Assembly: GCA_007130885.1 (NCBI GenBank)
Contig: SLRQ01000013.1
Coordinates: 11,004 to 75,003, forward strand
Direction of reading: 5' to 3'
DNA: 64,000 nt
Source of the DNA: Deltaproteobacteria bacterium
GTDB taxonomy: Bacteria > Myxococcota > Myxococcia > SLRQ01
Numbering within the stretch: position 1 is the stretch's first letter; every line of letters starts with the position of its first letter. Below the pieces are notes generated by a model. It did not search any database. It was not told the DNA's origin and was given only the letters and a program-made list of their open reading frames with translations. Below, in pieces: positions 29,403 to 38,811 of this stretch. A program made the translations under genes and the position numbers.

Positions 29403-30680
29403 ATGTCCGTCGGTAGCAGCACAAGGAGAAAGCAGGAGCAGCCGGATTCGCGGGAAGGTCGCCCGAAGCACGTGGAAGCCGAGCCCGGCGGTGTTGGTGT
29501 TTCGCCTCGCGTTCCGCTAGTCGCGGTAATCGTGCTGGCCGTCATCGGCATAGGGGTGATGGCTCAGCTTACGCATACCCACTGGGGTGTGTCATCGGAT
29601 CCCGACTTCGCCAGCTTCTGTCCCGCCATGGGAGCGGCGGGTGTCGATTGCGACGATGTCGCTCGCAGCGAGTACTCCGAACTCTTTGGGATCCCAATCT
29701 CCTTCTGGGGGCTTCTCGTCTACCTCGGAATCATTGGTGTCGCCGCGTGGACGCTTCGTTCCTTCAGGGCGAAAGCAGGCTACCCCGGCGCGGGCTTGGG
29801 GCTGCTTAGCGTTGCCGCCGTCGGCTCGATCATCACCAGCGCTGCGCTGGGCTACATCTCCCACGTGCTCATCGAGGCGTACTGTAGCTGGTGCACGGTG
29901 GGATATGTACTCAACCTCTGCATATCCGCTGCTGTCTTCACGGGCCTTTGGAAGCTGCGCCTGAACCCCGCCGAAGCTTTGAAGCGCGATTTGGGCTTCT
30001 TCCTTCAGAGGCCGGCGATGTCGGCGTCGTTCTGTGGAGGCGGTCTGGCCATCGCGGTCGCAACGCTTCTGCTTTACCCCACTCCCAGCCCCGTCGAGGA
30101 TGCAAGCGAGGACGCTGGAGCCGAGGTGGTCGTGGGCGATGAAATGCCGAACCCGGTGTGGGAAGAGGCGCCCTTCAAAGGACCGGCGGATGCTCCGGTG
30201 ACCATAGTCGAGTTCACCGACTACGAATGCCCCATTTGCAAACGTTCTCACGCGCATCTCTCCAGTATTCTCGAGCCATACGAGGGACAGTACCGGATAA
30301 TGCATCGCCACTTCCCTCTCGATCAGGCATGCAATCCCGCAATTCCAAGGCCCTACAATCAGCACTCGTGTCGCGCTTCTCGATTCACCTTTTGCGCGGG
30401 CGAGCAAGACAAGTTCTGGGAGCTGAACAGGCTGGTGTTCGGGAGCAGGCAGCCTCTCGAGGAAGAGCACCTGCGCAGGTTAGCGGAACGGGTGGGTTGC
30501 GACATGGATGCTCTGGACGAATGCCTTGCCGGCGACCGGCCGGATGAGCACCTGCGGCGTGACATACAAGACGGAATCGATCTAGAGATCAGGGGAACAC
30601 CGACGTTCTTCATAAACGGGCAACGAGTAGTGGGGCTGCCCCAGCCAGCGGTGCTAAAAAAGTTTTTCGAAGAGGAGTAG
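29403..30680 (+). CDS. VKOR-DsbA (thioredoxin) fusion protein
   Basis: VKOR loop cysteines 'FCP...DC.DV..SEYS..FGIP' and TM 'CSWC'. DsbA part 'GPADAPVTIVEFTDYECPIC' and 'GTPTFFING'. Confidence 0.93.
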   Translation: MSVGSSTRRKQEQPDSREGRPKHVEAEPGGVGVSPRVPLVAVIVLAVIGIGVMAQLTHTHWGVSSDPDFASFCPAMGAAGVDCDDVARSEYSELFGIPISFWGLLVYLGIIGVAAWTLRSFRAKAGYPGAGLGLLSVAAVGSIITSAALGYISHVLIEAYCSWCTVGYVLNLCISAAVFTGLWKLRLNPAEALKRDLGFFLQRPAMSASFCGGGLAIAVATLLLYPTPSPVEDASEDAGAEVVVGDEMPNPVWEEAPFKGPADAPVTIVEFTDYECPICKRSHAHLSSILEPYEGQYRIMHRHFPLDQACNPAIPRPYNQHSCRASRFTFCAGEQDKFWELNRLVFGSRQPLEEEHLRRLAERVGCDMDALDECLAGDRPDEHLRRDIQDGIDLEIRGTPTFFINGQRVVGLPQPAVLKKFFEEE

Positions 30681-30735
30681 TTGGCAGCATTCGTACTGAT
30701 ACTGCGTATGTAAACAGCCGGCAGGAGGACCGCCT

Positions 30736-31302
30736 TTGAGTCTTGAACTTGAAAAGGGAAGAACTGGAGCTTTAGTCATCAGCGTAGCGGCTCTCGGTTT
30801 GCTGTTTGTGGCCGCCGGCTGCACTCGCCCGGCGGAGACGGAGGTCGCTCAGGCATCGGAGCCTTGCGCCGAGGACGAGGTCAGGTGTAACGCCGAATGT
30901 GCGAAGCTCGATGTCTCCATAGAGCACTGCGGCAAGTGCGGGAGAAGGTGCTTTCAGAGGCAGGAGTGTCAGGAGGGAGTTTGTCGAGGTCTAGGTGTCG
31001 TATCGGCGCGGGATCTCGTAAGCCAACTCGACGACAAGGACTTCCTTCTCATCAACGTGCGCTACCCCCCCGTGGGCGTCATACCGGGTACCGACGCTAC
31101 CGTGCCTCATGACAGGCTCGACAAGCTGAAGGATGTCATCGGCCCAGACCCGGACACCAGGATCGTCTTGTACTGTGGGACCGCACAGCGCGTTATGACT
31201 CCCTTGCGCACGTTGCAGGAGGCGGGGTACCGGTCCATCGCATACCTTCACGGCGGCGTGACCGCGTGGCGCATGGCCGGTCTTCCCGTGGAAGACAACT
31301 GA
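30736..31302 (+). CDS. Rhodanese-domain lipoprotein with N-terminal Cys-rich module
   Basis: AGGAGG RBS plus TTG start. Lipobox 'VAAGC', 'HCGKCGRRC...C..G.C', rhodanese 'IVLYCGTAQR' and 'LHGGVTAW..AGLP'. Confidence 0.85.
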   Translation: MSLELEKGRTGALVISVAALGLLFVAAGCTRPAETEVAQASEPCAEDEVRCNAECAKLDVSIEHCGKCGRRCFQRQECQEGVCRGLGVVSARDLVSQLDDKDFLLINVRYPPVGVIPGTDATVPHDRLDKLKDVIGPDPDTRIVLYCGTAQRVMTPLRTLQEAGYRSIAYLHGGVTAWRMAGLPVEDN

Positions 31303-31401
31303 GCCCACCATCTTTACGGTGCACCTGTCAGCGATGTCTTGACTCACACCTGCTCACCCGTACGTGAGGAGGGCGAGGGAGTAAGTGCCTGAGATGCGCG
31401 G

Positions 31402-31623
31402 TCAGCATGGTGGAGGCGGCTCATGGTCGTTGTGAGGAGTATGGTGACCGCGCGCCAGCACCCGCATGGCGGCGCCCATCGCCGCGGCGAACGCGCCCCC
31501 CAGCGCAAGGCCGTAAGCGATGAACGAAAGCCAAAAGGAGGGCTCGACCCATCGCACCACCATGGCGAAGAGCAGGGCTATTCCTCCGAGGCAGATCAAA
31601 AGACCGCCGATGAGCAGTTTCAC
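31402..31623 (-). CDS. Small two-TM membrane protein, last gene of the ABC operon
   Basis: GTG start abuts the stop of the upstream ATPase gene. Two hydrophobic helices. Confidence 0.65.
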   Translation of the reverse strand: MKLLIGGLLICLGGIALLFAMVVRWVEPSFWLSFIAYGLALGGAFAAAMGAAMRVLARGHHTPHNDHEPPPPC

Positions 31624-32688
31624 TTAGCCGCTCCCTCTTCGGTCGGAGGCCGGCCTTCCTTCATTGGAAGGCTCGTCCGCTCCCGAGCCTTCTTCCTCGC
31701 CGGATTGGAGCCAGCACGCTGACAGGTGCCGTGGCCGTGGCTCAAAAGAGCGAGGCGTCTTGGTGTCGCATAGCCCCTCGATTGCGGCGGCGCACCGAGG
31801 ATGAAAAGAGCAGCCGGGCGGCGGATTCAGCAGGCTCGGAGGCTCTCCGGGAGGAACCTTTCTGAAGCAATGTGCGTTCTTGGGGTCGGGATCGGCGATG
31901 GCGCCGAGCAGGGCCTTGGAGTAGGGGTGCATCGGCTCGGCGAGCAGGTCGTCTACCGGCGCCGTCTCCACCACCTTGCCCGCGTACATCACGAAGGCTC
32001 GTTCGGAAAAATGTCGTACGGTCGACAGATCGTGCGTGATGTAGATGACGGTGAGATCGTGAGTTCGCTGCAGGTTTCGGAGAAGATGGAGGATCTCGAC
32101 ACGTACGGATGCGTCAAGCATGGACACCGGCTCATCGGCCACCAGAAGCTTTGGTCGCATGATCATGGCGCGGGCGACGACCACCCGTTGCTGCTGGCCG
32201 CCGCTGAGCATGTGCGGGAACTTCGAGAGGAAGTCGTCCACGGGAAGTAGCTTCACCTCTCCAAGCACCTCGTGAATGCGCCTTTCTCGCTCCTTCTTGC
32301 TCCGTACACCTTGGATGATGAGCGGCTCCGCGAGGATGCGCCGAACATCTAGAAACGGAGGCAGCGCTCCATATGGATCTTGCTGGATATAGCCGATCTG
32401 CGAGCGGTAGCGCGCCATTCGCTCGGAGTTGTGGACATCCAGTGGCTCGCCGTCGAAGATGATTTCTCCGTCGTGTGGCTTGTAAAGACCCAGCACGGTC
32501 TTTGCCAGCGAGCTCTTGCCGCAGCCGCTCTCACCGACGAAAGCCGCCGCTTCTTTGCGGCGCAGGTCGAAGCTCACGTCATCAACGGCGCGGACGAAAC
32601 CGACTCGAGCGAACCCGAAGCGTCGAAGCTCAAACCAGGTGCGAAGCCCGCGCACCGAAAGCATGACCTTGGCTCCATCCGCCGTCAT
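31624..32688 (-). CDS. Oligopeptide/dipeptide ABC transporter ATP-binding protein (OppF-like)
   Basis: Walker A 'GESGCGKS', 'LSGGQQQR', 'ADEPVSMLD', C-terminal 'HPYS..L' and 'GCSFHPRC'. Confidence 0.95.
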   Translation of the reverse strand: MTADGAKVMLSVRGLRTWFELRRFGFARVGFVRAVDDVSFDLRRKEAAAFVGESGCGKSSLAKTVLGLYKPHDGEIIFDGEPLDVHNSERMARYRSQIGYIQQDPYGALPPFLDVRRILAEPLIIQGVRSKKERERRIHEVLGEVKLLPVDDFLSKFPHMLSGGQQQRVVVARAMIMRPKLLVADEPVSMLDASVRVEILHLLRNLQRTHDLTVIYITHDLSTVRHFSERAFVMYAGKVVETAPVDDLLAEPMHPYSKALLGAIADPDPKNAHCFRKVPPGEPPSLLNPPPGCSFHPRCAAAIEGLCDTKTPRSFEPRPRHLSACWLQSGEEEGSGADEPSNEGRPASDRRGSG

Positions 32689-33659
32689 GACTCCCCTTCC
32701 TTGGAGAACAGCCAGCAGCGTACCTTTCGGCCTCCCGCAAGCTCCACTTGCTCCGGATCCGTATCACAGGCTTCGAACCTGGAAGGGCACCGATCAGCGA
32801 AGCGACAGGTAGCGGGAAGATCAAGGAGGCTCGGCGGGTGACCGGGAATGCTCTCCGGGCTCCTTGTGTCTTGAAGCCGGGGCACGCTGGCCATGAGCAT
32901 GTGCGAGTAAGGATGCGCCGGCTCGAGATAGAAGTGTTCGGCGCTGCTGGCCTCCACTATCTGTCCCGCGTACATGAGAGCTACTCTGTCGGCAAGCTCG
33001 CTGGACGTTGATACGTCATGTGTAATCAGAACGAAGCTGGTGTTGAGTTCGCTCTTGATACGCTTCAGCACGTTGAGGATGCTGGCCTGCGTTAGGACGT
33101 CCAGCGCGGATGTGGGCTCGTCCATGAGCACCAGATCCGGTTCGGTTACCAGCGCCATTGCCAGCACCGCTCTTTGGCGCATGCCTCCACTGAGTTCGAA
33201 CGGATAGCGTCCGAGAAAGTCGTCCGGAAGCCCCACTAGGCTGAACACCTCCGCGGCGCGGTCCAGTGCCTTGCCGCGAGGCCAGCCGTGACCGGAGCGT
33301 AGCGGCTCGGCGACCTGTTCGCCTACTCGGATTACCGGGTTCATGGCGTTCATGGCGGCCTGCATCACCATCGAGATCCGGTTCCAGCGGATCTCCTTCC
33401 TGAAGCGCTCCTCGCCGAAGGTCATGATGTCCGAGTCGCCCAACAGCACCCGGCCGGAGTATTCGTGTATGTTTCGGGGAAGCAGGCGCAAGATGGCCCG
33501 AGTGAGAGATGTCTTGCCGCAGCCGGACTCGCCGAGCACCACCAGCGCCTCGCCCCGACGTATTTCGAGGTTCACCCCGTCCACGGCTCGCACCACGCCC
33601 TTCGTGGCGCGATAGTGGAGGCGCAGGTTCTCCATGCGAAGCAGGGTGTCGTTCGTCAC
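32685..33659 (-). CDS. Oligopeptide/dipeptide ABC transporter ATP-binding protein (OppD-like)
   Basis: 'GESGCGKT', 'LSGGMRQR', 'DEPTSALD', 'CRFADRC'. GTG start at 33659 overlaps the permease stop. Confidence 0.95.
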   Translation of the reverse strand: MTNDTLLRMENLRLHYRATKGVVRAVDGVNLEIRRGEALVVLGESGCGKTSLTRAILRLLPRNIHEYSGRVLLGDSDIMTFGEERFRKEIRWNRISMVMQAAMNAMNPVIRVGEQVAEPLRSGHGWPRGKALDRAAEVFSLVGLPDDFLGRYPFELSGGMRQRAVLAMALVTEPDLVLMDEPTSALDVLTQASILNVLKRIKSELNTSFVLITHDVSTSSELADRVALMYAGQIVEASSAEHFYLEPAHPYSHMLMASVPRLQDTRSPESIPGHPPSLLDLPATCRFADRCPSRFEACDTDPEQVELAGGRKVRCWLFSKEGES

Positions 33660-35005
33660 ATTATCCTCAAGCGCGGGTTGAAGATACGGTCCAAGGCAAA
33701 GCCGACCATGGCGAACCCAAGGCCTGTGAGCATCAGGAGGCCCGCGGGCTGCAGGACCCAGTAGTAACGGCCATGGTAGAGAGCGCTCTGCTCCTGTGCG
33801 TCGTTGAGTATCTTGCCCCAAGTGGGCAGCACGGGATCACCGAGGCCCAGAACCGCCAGCGAGGCCTCGAGGAACACGAAGGTGGGTATGAGCGTCACGA
33901 AACCGGGAATGAGCACCGGTAGTACTCGCGGAATCATGTAGCGAAGGATGATCCGCGCGTTGCTGGCCCCATACGCGCGAGCAGCCTCTATGTACGGCGC
34001 GTCTCTCAAGGGAAGCAGCATGGCGCGGTATACCTTGACCGCTGCGCTGAAGATCCCAAGCAAGATGATGACCCCGAGCATGAGCCATATGCTCGAGGAG
34101 TACAGCGTTCCTATCATCACAAGTACCGGCAGCATGGGCAGGATCATGCTTACCTCGGTGAGGCGCTGTATCGTCGCGTCTATGAAACCGCCGAACCAGA
34201 CGCCGATGGCCGCTATCAGGAGAGTGGTGACGGTCGTACCCACCGCGGCCAGCAGCCCGAACGCAAGCGCCACCGGCGCGCCCCAGAGTAGCGCGACGAG
34301 CAAGCTGCGCCTTCGGTGGTCCGTGCCGGCCAGGCCGTGGACCTGACCGTATACTACCAGACGCGCTTCCAGGGCGGCATCCTCCTCGAAAAGAACCGTC
34401 TCCAGAAGCAGCTCATGTCGGCCCCTCGCGACCGCCGGGATCGCGCTCGGGTCATCTCGAGGCTCACCGAAAAGCCCTATCTCCGGAGGCAGACCGTCCA
34501 AACGCCAATCTCGCAAATGCGAGTCCTGAGAGATTGACTCCCTGTGGGATCGAGATTCGACTCTGCGTGGGCGCAGTGGGATCTCTCTTCCGTCCGGAGT
34601 CGTCCACAGCATGGACAGATGCGGGCGCACCTCCTCGTACTCCGCCTCCAGGAAGAGGTTAATCTCGGCTGGAAAGCCGTCGTAGTCGAAGTCGAAGGCG
34701 AGAGGTATCTCGACTATGCGCCCGCCGTCGAACCTCGTCTCGCGAGTCTCGACCTCGCGGGAGTCCGTTATGATGGTCGGAGGCAATGAACCTTGGCTCA
34801 GCCAGCCCGACCATATGGGGCGCGCGTTGCGCGGATGCTCCCGCCAGACATTGTCCTCGCCTCGCCAGAGATCCACCGCTTGGTTGTAGGGTATACCGAT
34901 GACCGAGCCTACGGCCACCAGCAGCAGCAACGAGATTATGGTTAGCCCGGCCATGGCCGAGGGGTACTGCGCCATTCTGGAGAGTGCTTGCCGCAGCGCC
35001 CTCAT
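33656..35005 (-). CDS. ABC transporter permease (OppC-like) with a large extracytoplasmic insert
   Basis: 'GLAGTD..RR', EAA motif 'YIEAARAYGAS..RII.RY', 'LGLGDP..PTWG'. Confidence 0.93.
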   Translation of the reverse strand: MRALRQALSRMAQYPSAMAGLTIISLLLLVAVGSVIGIPYNQAVDLWRGEDNVWREHPRNARPIWSGWLSQGSLPPTIITDSREVETRETRFDGGRIVEIPLAFDFDYDGFPAEINLFLEAEYEEVRPHLSMLWTTPDGREIPLRPRRVESRSHRESISQDSHLRDWRLDGLPPEIGLFGEPRDDPSAIPAVARGRHELLLETVLFEEDAALEARLVVYGQVHGLAGTDHRRRSLLVALLWGAPVALAFGLLAAVGTTVTTLLIAAIGVWFGGFIDATIQRLTEVSMILPMLPVLVMIGTLYSSSIWLMLGVIILLGIFSAAVKVYRAMLLPLRDAPYIEAARAYGASNARIILRYMIPRVLPVLIPGFVTLIPTFVFLEASLAVLGLGDPVLPTWGKILNDAQEQSALYHGRYYWVLQPAGLLMLTGLGFAMVGFALDRIFNPRLRIM

Positions 35006-36123
35006 TGCCTGCCTCCTCCCTCGCCGAGCTTCACTCTAGGATCCAGAAGGGCGTAGACGATATCGAGCAGGAAGACGGTCACTGCAAGTAGATATGCAAA
35101 TACCACGACCAGGCCGACTATGACGTTGGTCTCTTGGTGCTGGATGGCGCTGTAAAGCGCCGTGCCCAGTCCCGGCCAGTTGAAGACGCGCTCCAGTATT
35201 ATTGCTCCGCTCCACAGCGCTATGAGCATCAGGGCGAAGCTGGTCACAATGGGAGGAAGGGTGGGACGAAGTATGTAGCGGCGCTCGATTGCTCTGGAAG
35301 AGAGGCCCTTGGCCTTGGCCATCTCGACATAGTCTTCGCTGGAGTGGATGAGGAAAAAGGTTCGCCACTTGTAGATGGATATGAAGATGGCTGAAAGAAA
35401 CATGGCCCCGACCGGAAGGATCATGTGTTTCAAAACGGTGCCTGCGTAGGCCAAGGTTCCCTCTGGAACCCTGTCTCCCACCATGCCGCCGTCGGGGAGG
35501 CGCATCCAGTCCGGTACTAGATAAGCGAAAATGAGGATTAGAAAAATGCCATAGAACCAACCGGGCGCCGCCGAGGAGGGTGCCATCGCGATTACGGCTC
35601 GGTCGGCAAGGCTGCCGTAACGACGGGATAGAATCAGCGCCAAGCCGAGCGCGGCGAAGAAGACCATGAAGTTGGCCGTCGCGAACAAAAGGAGCGTGGC
35701 TGGAAGATGTTCGATTATGATCCTGGAGACCTCGCGCGAATGGCTGGGGCTGGTCATGTCTCTCGCTCGGCCCAGGTCGAGGCGGACGGCGCTCCAAAGA
35801 TCTCCCGGCAAACGTTGCCAGAAAGGTCGATCCAGCCCCTGACGGCGAATCTCCGTCTGTACCATCTGCTCGATGATTTCCCTTCGATCGGTATCCGGCA
35901 TCATCTGCGTCTCGGGATCCATCATCATCTGCTGGGTGGCTTCGTCCTCTATCCGAGCCTTGCGGATGTCATCGAGATGACCGCCCATGTTGGCGATTAT
36001 GATGGTCAGGAAGACGCCGGTGGCGGCGGTGAAGATCAGCGCGGCGAGTCTAAACGCGGAGTAGCGCGCTATACGCGTAAGGGTGCTCCAGCGGCTGCCG
36101 GCGACGCTCTTCTTTCGGCTCAT
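35002..36123 (-). CDS. ABC transporter permease (OppB-like)
   Basis: 'GLDRPF', 'LDLG', 'EDYVEMAKAKGLS', 'FNWPGLG', 'YALLDPRV'. ATG 36123 overlaps the substrate-binding protein stop. Confidence 0.93.
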   Translation of the reverse strand: MSRKKSVAGSRWSTLTRIARYSAFRLAALIFTAATGVFLTIIIANMGGHLDDIRKARIEDEATQQMMMDPETQMMPDTDRREIIEQMVQTEIRRQGLDRPFWQRLPGDLWSAVRLDLGRARDMTSPSHSREVSRIIIEHLPATLLLFATANFMVFFAALGLALILSRRYGSLADRAVIAMAPSSAAPGWFYGIFLILIFAYLVPDWMRLPDGGMVGDRVPEGTLAYAGTVLKHMILPVGAMFLSAIFISIYKWRTFFLIHSSEDYVEMAKAKGLSSRAIERRYILRPTLPPIVTSFALMLIALWSGAIILERVFNWPGLGTALYSAIQHQETNVIVGLVVVFAYLLAVTVFLLDIVYALLDPRVKLGEGGGRQ

Positions 36124-38741
36124 CGGTCGACCTCGGGGATGGTCGCGAAGGAGATCCTGTCGAAGGCCGGCAAGGCCACGGATGTCGAGGTTGCCGCGAT
36201 CTCGAGAAGATTCGAGCCGGGACGCAGCTTTTCGGTTTCCTCGCTTGACAGCTCCACCCTCCATCGCCCGTCATCGCCGGGGACGGCATCGCCTTGTTTG
36301 ATGAGCTCCCTTCGCCCATCGAAGAGCATGTATCTGACCATCTCCAGCTCTTCCTCGGGGTAGGGCGCGCCCTCGAAGGTAATGCTGATTTCGAAGGATG
36401 CCTCTTCTCCGGCGTGCACGATGCCGGGGCCGTCCGTGACGACCTCCGGGATGCGCGGCCGAGTGAACCCGAGCCACTTGTCGGCCGGATCGGCGAACCT
36501 TTCGAACCGGCGGATCTCCACGTGGCCTTCTATGGGATGGAGGGCGTGCAGATAAAACGGGCCGTTGCAGACCCAGAAGTGGCCCCGAGCTTCGTACCAG
36601 TCCGCGAGATTGCTGTAACGCTCTTCGATCTCTTCCTCCGAAACGAACTCGCGCAGGGTTTCTTCGAATGGGAGGTAACTTTCCTCTCGTGCTTCCTCGA
36701 GCATCTTGGCCAGTACCTCCAGGCTGGGGCCCGTCACGTAGCTCATCCACTCGGTGCGAAGTTGATCCGCCTTGTTGGAGGAGAAGGCCAGCAGACGTTG
36801 CTCCTCGGCTCGAATACCCAGGGACGTCGAGTGCCATCCCATGATGCCCGAGCCGTCGGATACACCCGGCCAGGGAGCGGCGATGGCCGCGATCCACTCG
36901 GCGTCGGGGAAGAAGCGATCGCTGTAGGACTCAACTACCACCGGGTCTCTCGATACGATCCGGAATCCCCGGTAGTAGGTTTGAAAGGTTCGGAACATTG
37001 GCACGAAGCCCTCGTCGTACAGCGGGCTCTCGGGCTTGGCCCGGTCGAAGGTAAGAATCTGCGAGAGGACCATGTCGGCCAGGGAGACTCTCGAGCCGTC
37101 GTGCCACAGCGTCTCCAGGTAGTCGTCGGTGAAGTGAATGCGCGTGCGAGTTCGGGCGGTGAGCCCCTCAGGGTGCTTCTCAGCGACGGTGATGAATCGG
37201 CGTTCCTCCGGATCCCAGTCGATCCAAGTGTCTAAAGGCACCTCGATCTCCGGCTGTGAATCTAGTGTCACCCAGTCGAGCGTTTGGATGACCGGTGTCC
37301 CCTCTGCCACGGTGACCTCGGCCGATTCAATTCTCTGCGGGTGATAGAGTCCAGTGTGGGGATCCCCAAGCGCGGAGCGGTCGGAGGTGGCGCGCATGAT
37401 CATCGTATCGAAGATCCAGTTGCTGCCGTCGACCGGGTTCCAGGGCTCGGCGAGCACGTTGGTGGCGCCGAACACCAGCCGGCCCCCCAGCTCCTCGCCG
37501 ATTCGGACCGTGTATGGAAGAAGGATGGATCCCGTCATGCCTCCGGCGAGGTCGGCGGCCACCTGTACGTTATGGGCCTTGGGCCAGACGTTTATCTGAT
37601 CGGTCAGCCAGACATGGTAGGACTCTTTCATGGATAGCTCGAGCGCTCGGGCCATCATCTCCTGGCGCTCCTCCCATGAGGTGAAGTCGCGTCTTTGAAG
37701 ACGATCGGCCAGCTCATCGAACTCCGGGGACGGCTCGTAGGCTTGCCAAAGTGGAGCGGCTCGCCCCCGTGGCGTGTAGAAAACTCCGAAGTTGCTGGCC
37801 TGATCCCGCGAAATGATCACCGAGATCCAGCTTGCGGTATAGGCGTGCCAGCGCCCCTCACGGGGGTGGCTCGACATCCAGATTCGGGTCGCCTCCTGGG
37901 CGGTTCGGTACAGCCGAGTGACCTGAAAGCCGATCCCTTCGAGCAAGTTGGCAACATAGTCCCCTACTTCCCTGCGTGCGTCCTCCACACGGATGAGGAG
38001 GATTACCTCGACCTGCTCGCCCTCGTACATCCAGTGCCCTTCGATGCGCTGGGCGCCCAGCTTCTCCATCTCTCGAGCGATGGTTGCCTCGGCGGCGGCC
38101 GGATCGTGCTCGTAACGCAGCTCGAGCGTACGCGCGACGTCTGCTAGACGGGCGTAGTCGGGAAATACGCTGCTGATGGGGAAATAGCGAGGTACCGCCA
38201 GACCGCCGAAGATCTCCTGGGCTATGTGTTCTCGGTCGATGAGTCGGTTCATCGCCTCTCTTATTTTTGGGACACTGAAAGGGTTTAGCTTTCCGGTGGT
38301 GGGAAACGTAGGTCCCACGGGGTTGAACGAGAGCGCCCCGTAGGATCCATAGGAGATCTCGCTTCCCAGCTTTGGGGAGTTTTGTATGCGGCGGTACATT
38401 TCCGGGTCGCTTCGACCGTCGCCCATGATGTGCATGGTGCCGGCCTTGAGGCGGGAAATGGCTCGGCCATACTCAGACTCGCGAACGAAAACGATCGAGT
38501 CGACTAGGCTCCCCCTTTGCCTGCCGGCTTCCACCGCCAACCGCTTCTCGGCCTCGGGGTCGGCCGTCTCGGCATCGGTTTCGCCCGTCGTCTCTATGTC
38601 CGGCACCACGGGCGGCGCCTCTCCCCCTCCGATGAGACGGAAGGCCAGGAAGAGCCCCAGTGCCGCCGCAACTACAAGAGGGATGAGTGTTCTTCGTCGG
38701 TTTATCCCCACGGCTGACCCGAACAACGACGCGATGACCAT
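36120..38741 (-). CDS. Long (873 aa) family-5-like ABC substrate-binding protein, membrane-anchored
   Basis: N-terminal TM helix, 'NPFSVPKIREAMNRLIDR', 'WHDGS.VSLAD', 'NGPFYL', C-terminal Ig-like extension. First gene of the opp-like operon. Confidence 0.88.
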   Translation of the reverse strand: MVIASLFGSAVGINRRRTLIPLVVAAALGLFLAFRLIGGGEAPPVVPDIETTGETDAETADPEAEKRLAVEAGRQRGSLVDSIVFVRESEYGRAISRLKAGTMHIMGDGRSDPEMYRRIQNSPKLGSEISYGSYGALSFNPVGPTFPTTGKLNPFSVPKIREAMNRLIDREHIAQEIFGGLAVPRYFPISSVFPDYARLADVARTLELRYEHDPAAAEATIAREMEKLGAQRIEGHWMYEGEQVEVILLIRVEDARREVGDYVANLLEGIGFQVTRLYRTAQEATRIWMSSHPREGRWHAYTASWISVIISRDQASNFGVFYTPRGRAAPLWQAYEPSPEFDELADRLQRRDFTSWEERQEMMARALELSMKESYHVWLTDQINVWPKAHNVQVAADLAGGMTGSILLPYTVRIGEELGGRLVFGATNVLAEPWNPVDGSNWIFDTMIMRATSDRSALGDPHTGLYHPQRIESAEVTVAEGTPVIQTLDWVTLDSQPEIEVPLDTWIDWDPEERRFITVAEKHPEGLTARTRTRIHFTDDYLETLWHDGSRVSLADMVLSQILTFDRAKPESPLYDEGFVPMFRTFQTYYRGFRIVSRDPVVVESYSDRFFPDAEWIAAIAAPWPGVSDGSGIMGWHSTSLGIRAEEQRLLAFSSNKADQLRTEWMSYVTGPSLEVLAKMLEEAREESYLPFEETLREFVSEEEIEERYSNLADWYEARGHFWVCNGPFYLHALHPIEGHVEIRRFERFADPADKWLGFTRPRIPEVVTDGPGIVHAGEEASFEISITFEGAPYPEEELEMVRYMLFDGRRELIKQGDAVPGDDGRWRVELSSEETEKLRPGSNLLEIAATSTSVALPAFDRISFATIPEVDR

Positions 38742-38811
38742 GCTTCCAGATGTATATCAAAAATGGGGTCGTAACCGCGCCCTGTCCGCCTCCCACATCG
38801 GCGAAGAAGAC

